DNA of 55,085 bases from contig NW_003526941.1 of the NCBI RefSeq assembly GCF_000181795.1, positions 3,102,195 through 3,157,279 on the forward strand, given 5' to 3'. Of the stretch, positions 25,476 to 37,484 are shown in pieces. A model generated the notes under the pieces. That model made no database searches, was not told where the DNA came from, and saw only the letters and a list, made by a program, of their open reading frames with translations. How positions within the stretch are numbered: the stretch's first letter is position 1; each line of letters starts with the position of its first letter. The DNA is from Trichinella spiralis (Eukaryota). The position numbers were made by a program, and so were the translations under genes.

Positions 25476-28178
25476 TCTGACCACTGAACTTCTACAGCAC
25501 TGAAAATGCATAACTGCTGATGGAAATGATTTGATTTGCTTTTCACTTCGATTTTTATATAAACCTTTTTCGACCCGGTTTCAACCCCTCGGAACTGATC
25601 TGTTTGCTACGATTGGTCGCAAGTTCTATTCGTCGCCTACGGCTGCAACAACGAGTTTTTGCAGATCTGTCAAAGCGATGCTTCCTGCATCCCCACTGGG
25701 TATACTTCTTCTGTCGTTGATGTGCAACAAAGATTACAAGAATCAGAAACTGTTAAACTGAACTTTTTGCCGGTTTTTCAACTTCGAATTGAGGTTTCAT
25801 TTTATTCTTATTCGGATAATTGCATCGCATTGTGCAACTGACACCAACATAGGTAGAGAGGTGTGTGGATGTGCTGTAATTCTGGTTAATTGCTTTGAAT
25901 GAAGTGTATAGTATAAATTGTAAAAATTTTATCTGCAATTATAATTGCAAATTTGCAAAACTATTTTTTCCCTCTGGAAATGCTGAAATTAATTTTATGA
26001 TGCACAAAGTACAAATAATAGGATAGGAGGAAGAGGTTGTTTTTCGTTTTTTACACTGCTTTCTTGGTTTGATTTGATTTGTTAAAAAATAGTTTTCCCG
26101 CATCTGTTAAAATCTGGTGAAGTATTTCCGTCATACGAGGGTGCGTTTTTTTTTGCAACATGTTCTCACTTGACAAGTTGATTTGACAGTTTCAAGGTTG
26201 CTTTTCCTTGTCACATATTGTTTGCGTGCCGTGCGATGCAAATGATTTAATTAATCGAGATGTTCAATTTTATGTACGGAAAAATTATTTCCCATTTTTC
26301 ACTTTCTGAACGTGATCTGTAATTATTTTTATCGTTTAGTGAAAAATTTTTTCTAACGTTAAGTCTTTCTTTGCAAATTAAGTCATTAATAATTTGACGT
26401 TAACAAATTTTCCGCAAACATTTCCGCACAAAATGACTTTTACTTTAAATCTTTTTCACCATAAGTTACCAAATCCTCTTACAGATTGAAAAGTTGTTTT
26501 CATAAAATGTCGAACATATGAGCGTTGTACAATGAAATAAATGAACACTGTCAAATGTGGATGCAGTTGAAATTGTAGGTATTTACATTGTATGATAAAT
26601 ACTTGAGCATAATTTGAATATCCCTGAGAAGAAGATTCATATACAGCAATTAGATAGGAACAGTAGGGAAATTGCCATTTTAAATAAACTGTCCTTTTAA
26701 GTGTTTGGGCAACAATGTACTGTTTAAATATTAAGCTGTGCTTCACAGGTGAAGTTTGAATATTGGTTGAACTATATCTTCTAAACATTTCCTTACTCTT
26801 GGGTCTTGTTTCGAATAAACTTCAAATTATTGTTGTAACGTAATGACGCATTGTTGAATGCAATTTTCAAAGAATGTTAAAAATTTTTTAGCTCTCTTGA
26901 AACACTTTGTAATCATATGTAAATTATAGCAAGCAGATAGAAGGAAACTGTTCGAGTATTTCTTCAAAAGCATGATACAATTTTGCAATATGTGCATTGT
27001 AAACTGTGAAACAATTATGAAAATTCTGCTCCACAAAATGGTTTGTTTGCTTCTTTAGCTTTTGAGTATCTCATTTTGTTGTTTTGAATAGTTGAAATCG
27101 TCTAGCAGTGCATACATGAAGCATCGTCAATGCCCGAATCACATTTGTGCATTTAAATTATGTATATTTATTTATACATAGGAATGGTTTCTTCGTGCAT
27201 TGGTTTCAGACAGACGAAATTAAACAATAATTGCTTAGAAAACAAACGTCGCCACGACGTATGATTGTTGCATAAGCTTGCTGTAATTAGATTTGCAAAG
27301 AATGGAATTTTGTTGCCAAAGGAAAACCAAATGCGTACTTCGAATTCAATTTTGCTTGTCACTCTGATGATAATGGAAAAAGAATAAAATCATTTATGTA
27401 GATGGTTATCAGTTTAAATGATAAAATTTTTCATAATCCGTGAAATTGATTTGAATGTTTTTGAGAAAAATGCTTGTGAAAAATCATTTCTTTTAAAATA
27501 ATGAATTTGTTTTTCAATTGAAATTAAATTAACGCTACAATTTTTATTTGAAACATTTTAAATGGAAAATTATTATTTATCATAATTGGTTTTTTTGAAT
27601 TTTTATATTGCCCATAGAATTAATGGTTGAAAATTGCAATTAATGTGTTGTGGTTTTATCTTTTAAATTACAAGTTAAATTTTTATTTTTTTATACTAGA
27701 TATTGAAATAAAATTTACAAAAAAAAGAATATGAATATTTAATATGTTGATTTGTTGTTTCAATGCTGTGCTATTTGTAAGTTGAAAGAAGAATTGTAAT
27801 AAATTTCAACAGCAGCTTGATCACAATCTGTCGTCTGTTTGCTGGCTTTTCTTTTTTTCTCTTTTTTTTACGACACCGCTCTAGCAAATGCTTGCACAAT
27901 GGAATTGTTGTTTGTTTATGTCTGATTTTGGGGAAAAAATTGCTGTCTAGATGTTCCAAGTCGACGAAAGCTTTATGTTGACAAGAGCAGAAAACAATGG
28001 CAGACGCATATCAGGCAACAGCTGAAGCGGAACACGTTGCTGTGGATTGGTAAAAGAATGCACACAGATGGGATAACTTCAGTCAAAACAAAGTCCCGTC
28101 TCACACCTGAGAAAGTTCAAACAAAGCTCAGCTATAAAATCGCAAGCTGCAAGAATTATCGCCGGATATTGTGGCACA

Positions 28179-30112
28179 ATGACCAATTGCTTTTTGTTTT
28201 TCTCAGCTTTATTCGCTCTAAGCCAACTCTCTCTTCAACAAGGTATAATTTTTTCTTTTCTTTTTTCGATAATAATAATAATAATAATCAGCCAGAGTTT
28301 GTTTGTGAAAGGTACACCGAAGCCATTCAATGATTTGGGCAAACTGATGATGGTATCTGTCCACAACACTGTAAGAGGAGACGCCACGGATCAGTCGAAC
28401 GTCCAGTGTCTTGTACGTAGAGCTTCTTTTTCCTCATATTTTTCAAGTGAAACGAAAAATTCCATTCATTTTTTCCAATTTTTAAACATTTAATACTTTT
28501 CACTGTTTCTGATATAATAATATATATCTTTATCAAAAAACAATGAAAGCAAAAATTGTTGTGTTGTAATTGAAATGAATAATAAATGAATACTATTTCG
28601 AATTAAGAAATTAAATTCCAGTTTGCTTTCAAAAATGAAGTAAAATGATTTTTTCTTTCAATGGATAAGAAATTTGAGAATTTTCAATTGTACCGTTTGC
28701 TGTGCAATAACGTTCACTTGATTGCCTGGCTAATTGTTACTTTTAGACTAATTGGGATTCAACATTGGAATCCTATGCTCAAGGTTTAGCGAATAGTTGC
28801 AATCGCACTGCCCCTGCCAACCCACCTTATGGCTTGGCTTATTCTTCAGAAATTTCTGAAGCGATCATTACACCACAATCTTTTGTTGAAACCCTCGGAA
28901 ATTCTTTTAGCTTGTTTTATGATCCGACTACTAACCAGTGTGATCCAGCTGACAAAACTGATTGTGATACTGGTCGTCAGGTACGACTTTTAAATAAGTT
29001 AATTATCATTTCATAATTGGTTTAAATATTTTACTTTTATAAAATATTACTTCTGTGCAAATGGAATGCTACAATTATAGATTGTTTGGTATCAAGGAGA
29101 CAAAGTGGGCTGTGGAAGAGCCAACTGTACAGGAAGAGATTTTGTTGTCTGCGCTTATACATTCCAGTATCATTTGAATGTTTTGATTTGAATTTTGTGT
29201 ATTATTTGTTTTAAATTTTATAGGAGCTCTTTGCAAACTCGTCCATACAGCAGAGATCCATTGGGACCATGTGCAAATTGTCCATCAGACAAAACAGTTT
29301 GCACAGCAAGACTTTGCTGTAAATTGACTGACATTTCTATGCGGTTGATGATGCTTTTAGTGTGTTTCTTTTTCAGGCATTCCCGACTCTGATAGTTCTT
29401 CAACTCCTTCAACTTCTGTTACGTCATGCGGTGAAAAGCCAGGTAAGCCTAGTTCACTTGTTCACGATTATTAGTTTCTTTTGAATATTCCAAGAAATCT
29501 ACATTTGACAGTTCTTTTAGTATCGTTTCCTGAATGCATGCATGTTTAGCAAACGTAACGTGAAATTCCTTTTCTTTGTCTACTGCTTCATATGAATATT
29601 TTTTTATTTGAAAAATTTGCATTTATTTTGCCTTATTTTCACTCAATGCAATATTGTACATTTAAGCTAATCTGGTCAACTTGGTTCGTTTCTGGAGCGA
29701 CGCTTTAACGCAGAACTATCTGGTTACAAGTCAATCTGAAATAAGTGCACTGAGCGCTCAAAGCCGAACTTCCAATTTGGGTGCGGTCGGTAAAATTCCA
29801 CTTCAAACAAGTACCGCTTGTCCTTATTTGACTCCGATCTATAAATTATACGCTGCAAGTGCAACCAGCAATTATTACATGATTGATTCAAGTTTGAGGC
29901 AACAACGCCTGACTGAAGGTTACACTGACCAAGGTGTTATTGGCTATGCTGTACCTGCTCAGCACTTATGCAACGCATCAGTTGCAATTTATGAATTCTA
30001 CTCTCCAGGAAACGGTATTGTTCAAGTTGCGCCAAGTACAGCTCCAGGGGCATTAGCTGGTCAATACACTAAATTAGATTACCAAGGCATCAGCTTTTGG
30101 ATTTGGGAATAA
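28179..30112 (+). CDS. CAP/SCP-TAPS (venom allergen-like) protein with Cys-rich hinge and C-terminal DUF5648-like repeat domain, paralogue A
   Basis: Signal peptide; HNTVR; WDSTLESYAQGLANSC; QIVWYQGDKVGCGRANC...VVCAY; GPCANCP...C...LCC. Last exon 29667-30112 carries three [RK]-[FL]-[YW]...NY...G-x-[IV]-G repeats ending YQGISFWIW. Confidence 0.82.
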
Positions 30113-30808
30113 TTCAAAAATGAGCTTCTTATGTTGCTTAGTTGCCATTAATAAATAAAACTGATTTTTTGAATTGCATTTTGCAAAAATCGTGTCTAGA
30201 CAGTTATGTCATCATAATAACAGAGTGTGTTCATTTTGACGACTGCTTACGTTATAAAGCAGTGCTAAGTCAATATTATTCAACAATTAAAATCATTCTA
30301 ACAAATAAATTTCTTTTTATTTTTTAAGAAATAAAAATGAAGAAAAAATTATTTTCAAAGCGTATTTCTAAAATGGGCAGCAATTCTGTAATACAAATTA
30401 ACTTTAATGAATTCCATCAGTGAATTGTTGTACTTGAATGTCTTTAATTTTTTCTTTCTTTCTTTCTTTGATGCTGCATTTGCATAAAACTTTCATTACC
30501 AATTTAGGAATCAGCCTGACGAAATATCATTTGCGATATTTGAATTTCATAGATTTTCGCTTGTACTTTGCTGTCCACTTTAAGCATTTTTGTTTTGTTA
30601 ATTGACAGGGCTGTTCATTTAATAGGTAATCATTAAAACGCGACTTTCAGCATTGAAATGGTTAACAGAAGAAGCAATGAAAAATAAAAAATGCGAAATA
30701 GTAATGAGCATTTGCAGATTCTGAGCAAATATGCCAGTTTAAATAATCTTTTTCTATAAAAGTCTTTCATCTAAACTTGTCAAATTGTCCAATTCGGAAT
30801 TCACTGCC

Positions 30809-32591
30809 ATGGTATTGTTAGCTTTACTTCTAATTCTTACAGTCTCTTTCGGATATTCTTACACCCTGAGTATTACCTTTATATTTAAATTTTCTCTTTC
30901 AGAATAACAGAATTGTTATTTATTTTACAGGAGCAACTCCTGTTTCTTTTAGCGAGGCAGAAAAGATTAACTTGTTCTTCAATTCGGATCAAGTCAAATG
31001 TAATATACCATTTGGAATTAGAGGACACTGCAAAGTGAGCATTTATGTTATCATATTTTCCATTCTAAATTATTCTTACAAGTTCATTTTTCTTCAAAAC
31101 AATACTTTGCTCTTAATCATTCATTTACAGTTTCAATGGGATGCATCTTTGGAAAAGTACGCACAAACGATGGCCAATTCTTGTAGCAGCATTAAAATGG
31201 CCGAAAGTTCTGCTATGAAAAACTTTTCCAACTTGTTCTATCGTAATTATGATTGTCGTGCGAACATTTCCGAAGAAAATTTATTAAAAAATCACAACCA
31301 AGATGTTGAAGTATGAATTTCCATCGTTTTTTCCTTTGAATTTTGCTCAAAATATTCTTTTTTTTATTCCAGATATTTTGGTCAGAAGTAGAGAAATTAG
31401 GATGCGGAAGGAGCATTTGTGAAAATGGAATCTCTATTGTTTGCGCTTATTTGACTGCAAAGTAATTTCAACTTTTATAAAACAAGAAGAGAACAAATCT
31501 GATGAATTTTTATATTACAAAATTTTAGTAATAATTCCATTATGCATGTTTCTCTTGAAATGAACAAGAAGAACTTTCAAAAAGAAACGAGTTTGATATG
31601 CAAATTACTAACTGCTTCTTAATAATGTTGTCTTTTTCTTTCAGTGTGCAATTCAACGGCATCATCATCCACCTTGGATAATTCCTTAACAACAAGTGAG
31701 TAAATTATCAGTTTGCCATTTACCATTTGTCGTATCAGTTTTAATTATATTAACAATGGTAAAGCAAAATTCTTTTCAATTATCCAATAATACTTGTAAC
31801 AGATGAAATGCAAGTCCTGTGTGATTTTTCTTTGAAATAATTATTTGAATAATACTGTACTTTTGCAGCTATAAACCAATTGATAAAATATTTCTTTTCT
31901 ATATGCTTTAAGGTCATCTTCATTATCTTGACAAGCCTTTGGGAAGCTGCGGAAGTGTTCTAAGTGAGTTCAAAGCATGCTATTCTTTTTGTTTTTTCTG
32001 ATTCTATTTTATTTAAATTCATCTGACTGAATTTGATTAAAAGTGATTGTTGATTGAACATTGTCATTAGTGAAGTTGTGAATTTTTTAAATCTAAAAAG
32101 TCAAAAGTGCATTTGTTTGATGATTTTGTTGTATTTTTTCAGATAATCTGGTGAATTTGCACCGATTTTGGAGCGACAGAAGAACACAAAATTACCTAGT
32201 TACAAATCCAGCTGAAATAGAGAGACTCAGAAAACGGAAGAAGATGATTGATCTCGGAATAATTGGGAAACTTGCCTTCGGGCCAAGTTTAGCATGCCCT
32301 TATTTGCTTCCAGTGTATCGCTTGTTTGCAAGAAGAGCAACTAGCAATTATTACATGGTAAACAGAGATTTGATGAAGCGACGACTACAAGAAGGGTACG
32401 TTTTAAAAGAAATCATTGGTTATGCGGTTTCTGCTCAACATTTGTGTGGTGCTTCAATGCCAATGTATGAATTTTACGCTAAAAATAGTGGAATCATCCA
32501 AGTAGAACCTGCAACTGCTATTGGCGCACTTGATGGTATGTTCGGGAATTTGAGTTGGCAAGGTATAAGTTTTTGGCTGTGGAATCCTTAA
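30809..32591 (+). CDS. CAP/SCP + DUF5648-like protein, divergent paralogue B
   Basis: Signal peptide MVLLALLLILTVSFG; WDASLEKYAQTMANSC; IFWSEVEKLGCGRSIC...IVCAY. Small linker exons are phase-consistent. Last exon 32143-32591 is clearly homologous to that of paralogue A (RFWSD...QNYLVT...ACPYL...ATSNYYM...QHLC...QGISFW). Confidence 0.78.
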
Positions 32592-34067
32592 ATGAAATGA
32601 AAATGTGAATTCCATTTGAATATGCCACTTTGAAATGAATCATTTTATCTATTAAACAAAGTAAAATTTCAAAAACTGTTCGCTAAATTTAAGACACTGC
32701 TTTGATAGAGTATTTTTTTATTTTTATATTAATTTCTTTATTTTTATTGCATCATCTTATTTAATCACTTTTTATTCTATGTCAATTTATATATATATAT
32801 ATATTACTACGCCGCATGTAAGTAAATGTCATTTCACATTGGATTCGTTTTATGAGATGACTTAATTTTAAAGAAAAATATTCTTTTAGTAAACTGTAAA
32901 AAACTGCACAATCGCTGAACAGGAGTGCAATCGCCACAATAGTGGTGATATAACGTACTAAAATATTTTTCAAACGAGAGTAATTTTGTTTAATGGAATA
33001 TTCAACATTTTAATTAATATAATATAAAATCATAATATTTTTTATATAATTCATAATAAAAAAATATGAAAGCATATGCAAAAACAGTCGACGTTTAGTA
33101 AAACAGCAGTTTTATTTTTACTGTTACATAATTTTCTTTTAATACCGTATGCATGTTAAAAGTAAATATTACTTGTAAAAAAGTAATTTATAAAACTTTT
33201 TATAATTTGAACAAGGAATTTTTGTAAAATAAAATGTTTGTGCAAGTATTCTTTAATTTACCTTGCATTTAGAACAAATTTTACTGGAACGGAAAATTGC
33301 GCTGACCCGCAATATGCCCAATTTTTAGGTTGTTTTTTCCTTGTAAAGAGAAGCTTAAAAATATTTTTTATTTGAATTTTAAAAACTTTACAAGAAATGT
33401 ATTTTATTGTCATAGCTGACATACTGTCATGGCCGCTTAAGAGACTGCTTGTTTTTTTTGAGAAATTCTTTATACGTCATGATGGCACATCATAATCACA
33501 ATGTCTTTACGTTTTAACATCATTTTTGACAAAATCGAATGCTTACAGAACAATTTTTTATATCTTATGGCTATATTATTTTGATAATTTTAAGAAAACA
33601 TTAAAATTCGAAAAGAAAATAAATTTAGTTTAATATATTTTGTCCAACAGTGTAATTTCTTTTTCAAACCAATATGAATTTTATGATCCAGATATGAGTT
33701 TTAATAAACATTTTACTTTTTATTTCTTACTTTATATCAAATTGAGCATTTCATACAATAAGTAATACAAATAATAGGATATAATGAGATATTGTATGAT
33801 GAAGATTTGCATTTATAAAAGTGATAGGTTGAAAATTTTATTGATCATAAGTGAATTATTAATTGTGAAATATATGAATTTGATTTCGATTCTAATGACA
33901 GAAAAACGATGATTCAGCTTCAGTTGGAAAGTATGCAAAAGAAATTGCATTAGTGTAACATCTGACATGTCCAAATAAATTGGAATGTCCGCATCAAGTA
34001 CGAACTGTGCACCTGAATTTATAAAAATAAATAACTGCTGAAAACGCGTCTTATCAACCACTTCAAA

Positions 34068-35623
34068 ATGTACTTAATCGGAATAATTTCACTTGAGTTT
34101 TTGTTTGTCGCCTTTTCAAATGAACAGGGTAATAATAATTTTCAAATGGACAATTTTTCATTTTCAAAATTCCTTCATTATTCAGGTATTCCAAATCCAT
34201 TCGTTGGAGCAGAGCAAGCCGAGCTTGTTACTTATCACAATCTGTACAGAGCTGATTTCACCGCTCAAAATTCCGAATGCTTTGTAAGTTGAAATTTCTG
34301 AACTCCAATAATGAAGTGCTATGCTTTTCAATACATATGTAATATTATATTTTTCAAATGTTACAGTTATTTTGTGATTATTCATTAAATATATCGAATT
34401 GAAGCATAAATACAGCACTTTTTTAGCGTGGATGGCAAAATAAATTCGCTCGAATTGCTCAACAATTGGCCAACACTTGTCAGAGAGTACGTCCTGATAA
34501 TATTACTTACGGCATTTCATTTTCCAACATCACTACTACGGAAGTATCACCGATAAATTTTGTTCAAGATGTTTGGCAGGATTTTCAAAATATTTACACT
34601 TATAATGACGACAAATGCAGCACAGCTGACAATGAACGGTGCATCAACGGCAAACAAGTGAATTGCACAAACTTTTTTCTTCATTCATAATTGCATATTG
34701 GTGAACTTGCTGTTTAGATGTTCTGGTATCAAGCAGAATACCTCGGCTGTGGTAGAGCTAAATGTGGTGATTCGGATTTCGGTGTCTGCGTTTACACTTA
34801 CAAGTAATAAAGATCATTACAACAATAATGATCAACATTTCCTATTTTTACTTACTTTTCAGGGCCAATTTTCACCATCGTCCATTTCTTTATTATCCTG
34901 GTTCAGGACCATGCATTTTTTGCAGTAGCAAGAAATCATCATGCATTACCAATTTATGCTGTAAAGTTCGATCTTTCTTATTTTGCAAAACTACAAGCCT
35001 CTTGTTGCAGGTGCCAAAGGTTCTAGTGGTTTTGATTCCTGCGGTTCACAACCGAGTGAGTGAAATTTCAATAATTCATTTCTAATGTTACACAAATAAA
35101 TTATTTTACTGATACATCTACGCGTAATAGTAAATTTGTTAAATGTTCATTACTAGGTGAGCTAATTCCATTGGTACGATTATATAACCAGCCAATGTCT
35201 AGAAATGTGTTGGATACGGCAGATTACAGAATTTTGTTGTGGCAAATTACCAGTGGTACCAGTGACTTGGGAATTATTGGAAAAGTAGCAAAATTCAATG
35301 ATGAAAGCTGTCCCTTTCTGAAACCAATATATCAGCTTTACAGCTTTCATTTTAATAGTAACTATTACGTTATAGATAAAAATTTATTAAAGCAACGTAT
35401 AGCTGATGGTTGGGTACCACAAGGCAAAATTGGATATGCTGTAAATGGGGAAAATGTGTGCAACGCAACAATACCAGTATATGAATTTTTCAACAGTCGA
35501 TACGGAATTTTGCAAGTTCAGAATACAACTGACATATCCGACCTTTTGGCAAGAAGAAAATATCCAGAGTACATATGGCATGGTATTAGCTTTTGGATCT
35601 GGGAAGGCGGTATTGCACAATAA
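34068..35623 (+). CDS. CAP/SCP + DUF5648-like protein, paralogue C
   Basis: Signal peptide; YHNLYR; AQQLANTC; QMFWYQAEYLGCGRAKC...GVCVY; GPCIFC...C...LCC. Last exon 35157-35623 ends WHGISFWIWE. Confidence 0.82.
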
Positions 35624-35977
35624 ATTTGATTGTAACTTATTCAAAAAAATAAGATCTTCATTCCAAGGAAGAAATTTTGCAGTTTATTTGCAGAAATTTT
35701 ACTCATCTATTGCCGTCTGCGTTAACAATTTCGTGCGATAATAATTTTTTGTACACTTCAGTTACATTGCCAAGTGATGTGCATTTGTGATGCCCGCACA
35801 TCCGTGTGCATTATGAAAAAAATTGTTGAACTCTAATAAATCAGTGAATTTTATAAAAGATTATCGCAAATGAAGTATAGCTGAGCTGTAAGCAATATGA
35901 CAAATTTTTACTTTACACCGCTATTGTTCTTTTTCTGAATACAAATTGAACTATTTATTTGTTTGATACTCAGTTCA

Positions 35978-36063
35978 AAATTTCGGGGGTCGTTGCATAG
36001 CGCATAGCGCGTGGGTCGAGTAATTTAGCATGCGTTTAGTTCGTTATGCAAATTTTTGATTTG
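35978..36063 (+). ncRNA. Candidate pre-miRNA-like hairpin 1
   Basis: Manual pairing: ttgcatagcg/cgttatgcaa (10 bp), agcgcgtg/catgcgtt (8 bp), basal cgggggt/atttttg and aaat/attt. It is a GC-richer island in intergenic DNA. No expression evidence. Confidence 0.4.
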
Positions 36064-36783
36064 TATGCTTTACGCAAATTTATTGTGCAAGCCTTATCTT
36101 CAAGAAATTGTTCTAAATGAATTTCCCATTGCACTTGATCAGTTTCATTTTAATTCGACCAGTAAAGATTCTCGTGGAAGTTTGCACATTAGCTACACTT
36201 TCATTATTATAGTAAGTTTATTGTTTATTGTAAATCGAAATTGTAATTTTTGCTTAAACTTAATTCACAGCTCTGATAGAGTTAAATTAAAAGCTCGATA
36301 ATGTAATAAACAAAGAAAGCAGTGATTTTGTTTAATAATATCAACCACCACTGGCTAATTTTGGTTGTTATATTTACTACTGCTCTTTCTGGTAACAATT
36401 TGTTCACTCATGTTGTGCATCAACTGCATTTAGAAGCTGCCATCGTCTCATGTGTAGCATGTTTTACATAACAGTACTTATTATTTCGTATTCGAGTGTT
36501 TCTGTATGTCCATTCTTACATTTTATAATCATTCTCTTGAATGCTGTTTAAATTTAATGCCGAATCGAGTAGCATTAGGCATTTATTTAACGAACTGAGT
36601 CACTTTTGGGTATAGTTTACATTACTTTGATAAGCTAAGCTGCTAACTGTCAATTTGAATATTGAGTACAATTTTTCCCTCACAAGAATTTCATAAATTT
36701 TTGTCAAATTTTCACAATTTGTGTAATTTTTTGTTTGTCATGAATTTTGTAATGCATTGCAATTTTATGCGATCAAAAGTATC

Positions 36784-36883
36784 TGCAAAAAGAACACGCA
36801 GGAACATATTACAGTAGGTGCAGTAGTTTTCCACGTCACCACTGTGCGTGCGTAGGTGCGTTCCCGCGTTCTTTCCGTGTGCA
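36784..36883 (+). ncRNA. Candidate pre-miRNA-like hairpin 2
   Basis: aaagaac..gcaggaac pairs with gttcccgcgttcttt; inner acagtaggtg/caccactgt (or gtaggtgcagt/actgtgcgtgc). G-U pairs favour the + strand. Confidence 0.35.
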
Positions 36884-37484
36884 TTGTCTCTCTGTGTGTG
36901 TAATATCGTGTGCGTTATACATTAGCTTGGTATTGTGTTGTCATTACAAGTAAAGTCTCTGCATATATCAATCAGTTCACATTCACAACAATTTTGTTAG
37001 AAAATTTTGTCAACGTTGCACATTCATCATTTACCATATACTGTAAATGTAATATTCCAAAAACTGACCATAGTAATCATGAAAATGTAATTATTTTCAA
37101 TTGGAAATTTAATCTGCGGCGAAATATATGTACAAGTTTAGACAAATAGATTATTGAATAATTTTTTACATGTTATGATACTTAAGTTATATTTACTGTA
37201 TACTTATAAAGTACTGTTTTACATTGAATGATGAAAAAGAACTTTTTTTTCAAGCAGTCTTTTTTGACAGTATATTTTAATTTTAATTTATTGTATTATA
37301 ATATAAAATTGAGTAATTTTTTCCTGGAAATGATATTTATTTGCGGCTGTTATTCTAATTTTGGAGGCATGTTGATGATTCTGACAATTATGTTATAACA
37401 ACGCTCTATTATCATGTCACAGTTCTCTTTATAAAGTATTCGTGATAAACAGAAAGAGACGTAAATAATAAGTGGGCAATCATA

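Noticed and set aside
35776..35803. Small hairpin gatgtgc/gcacatc and other weak stems at ~36313-36390 and ~36410-36460
   Set aside because: Stems are too short or loops too large to call individually without folding statistics.
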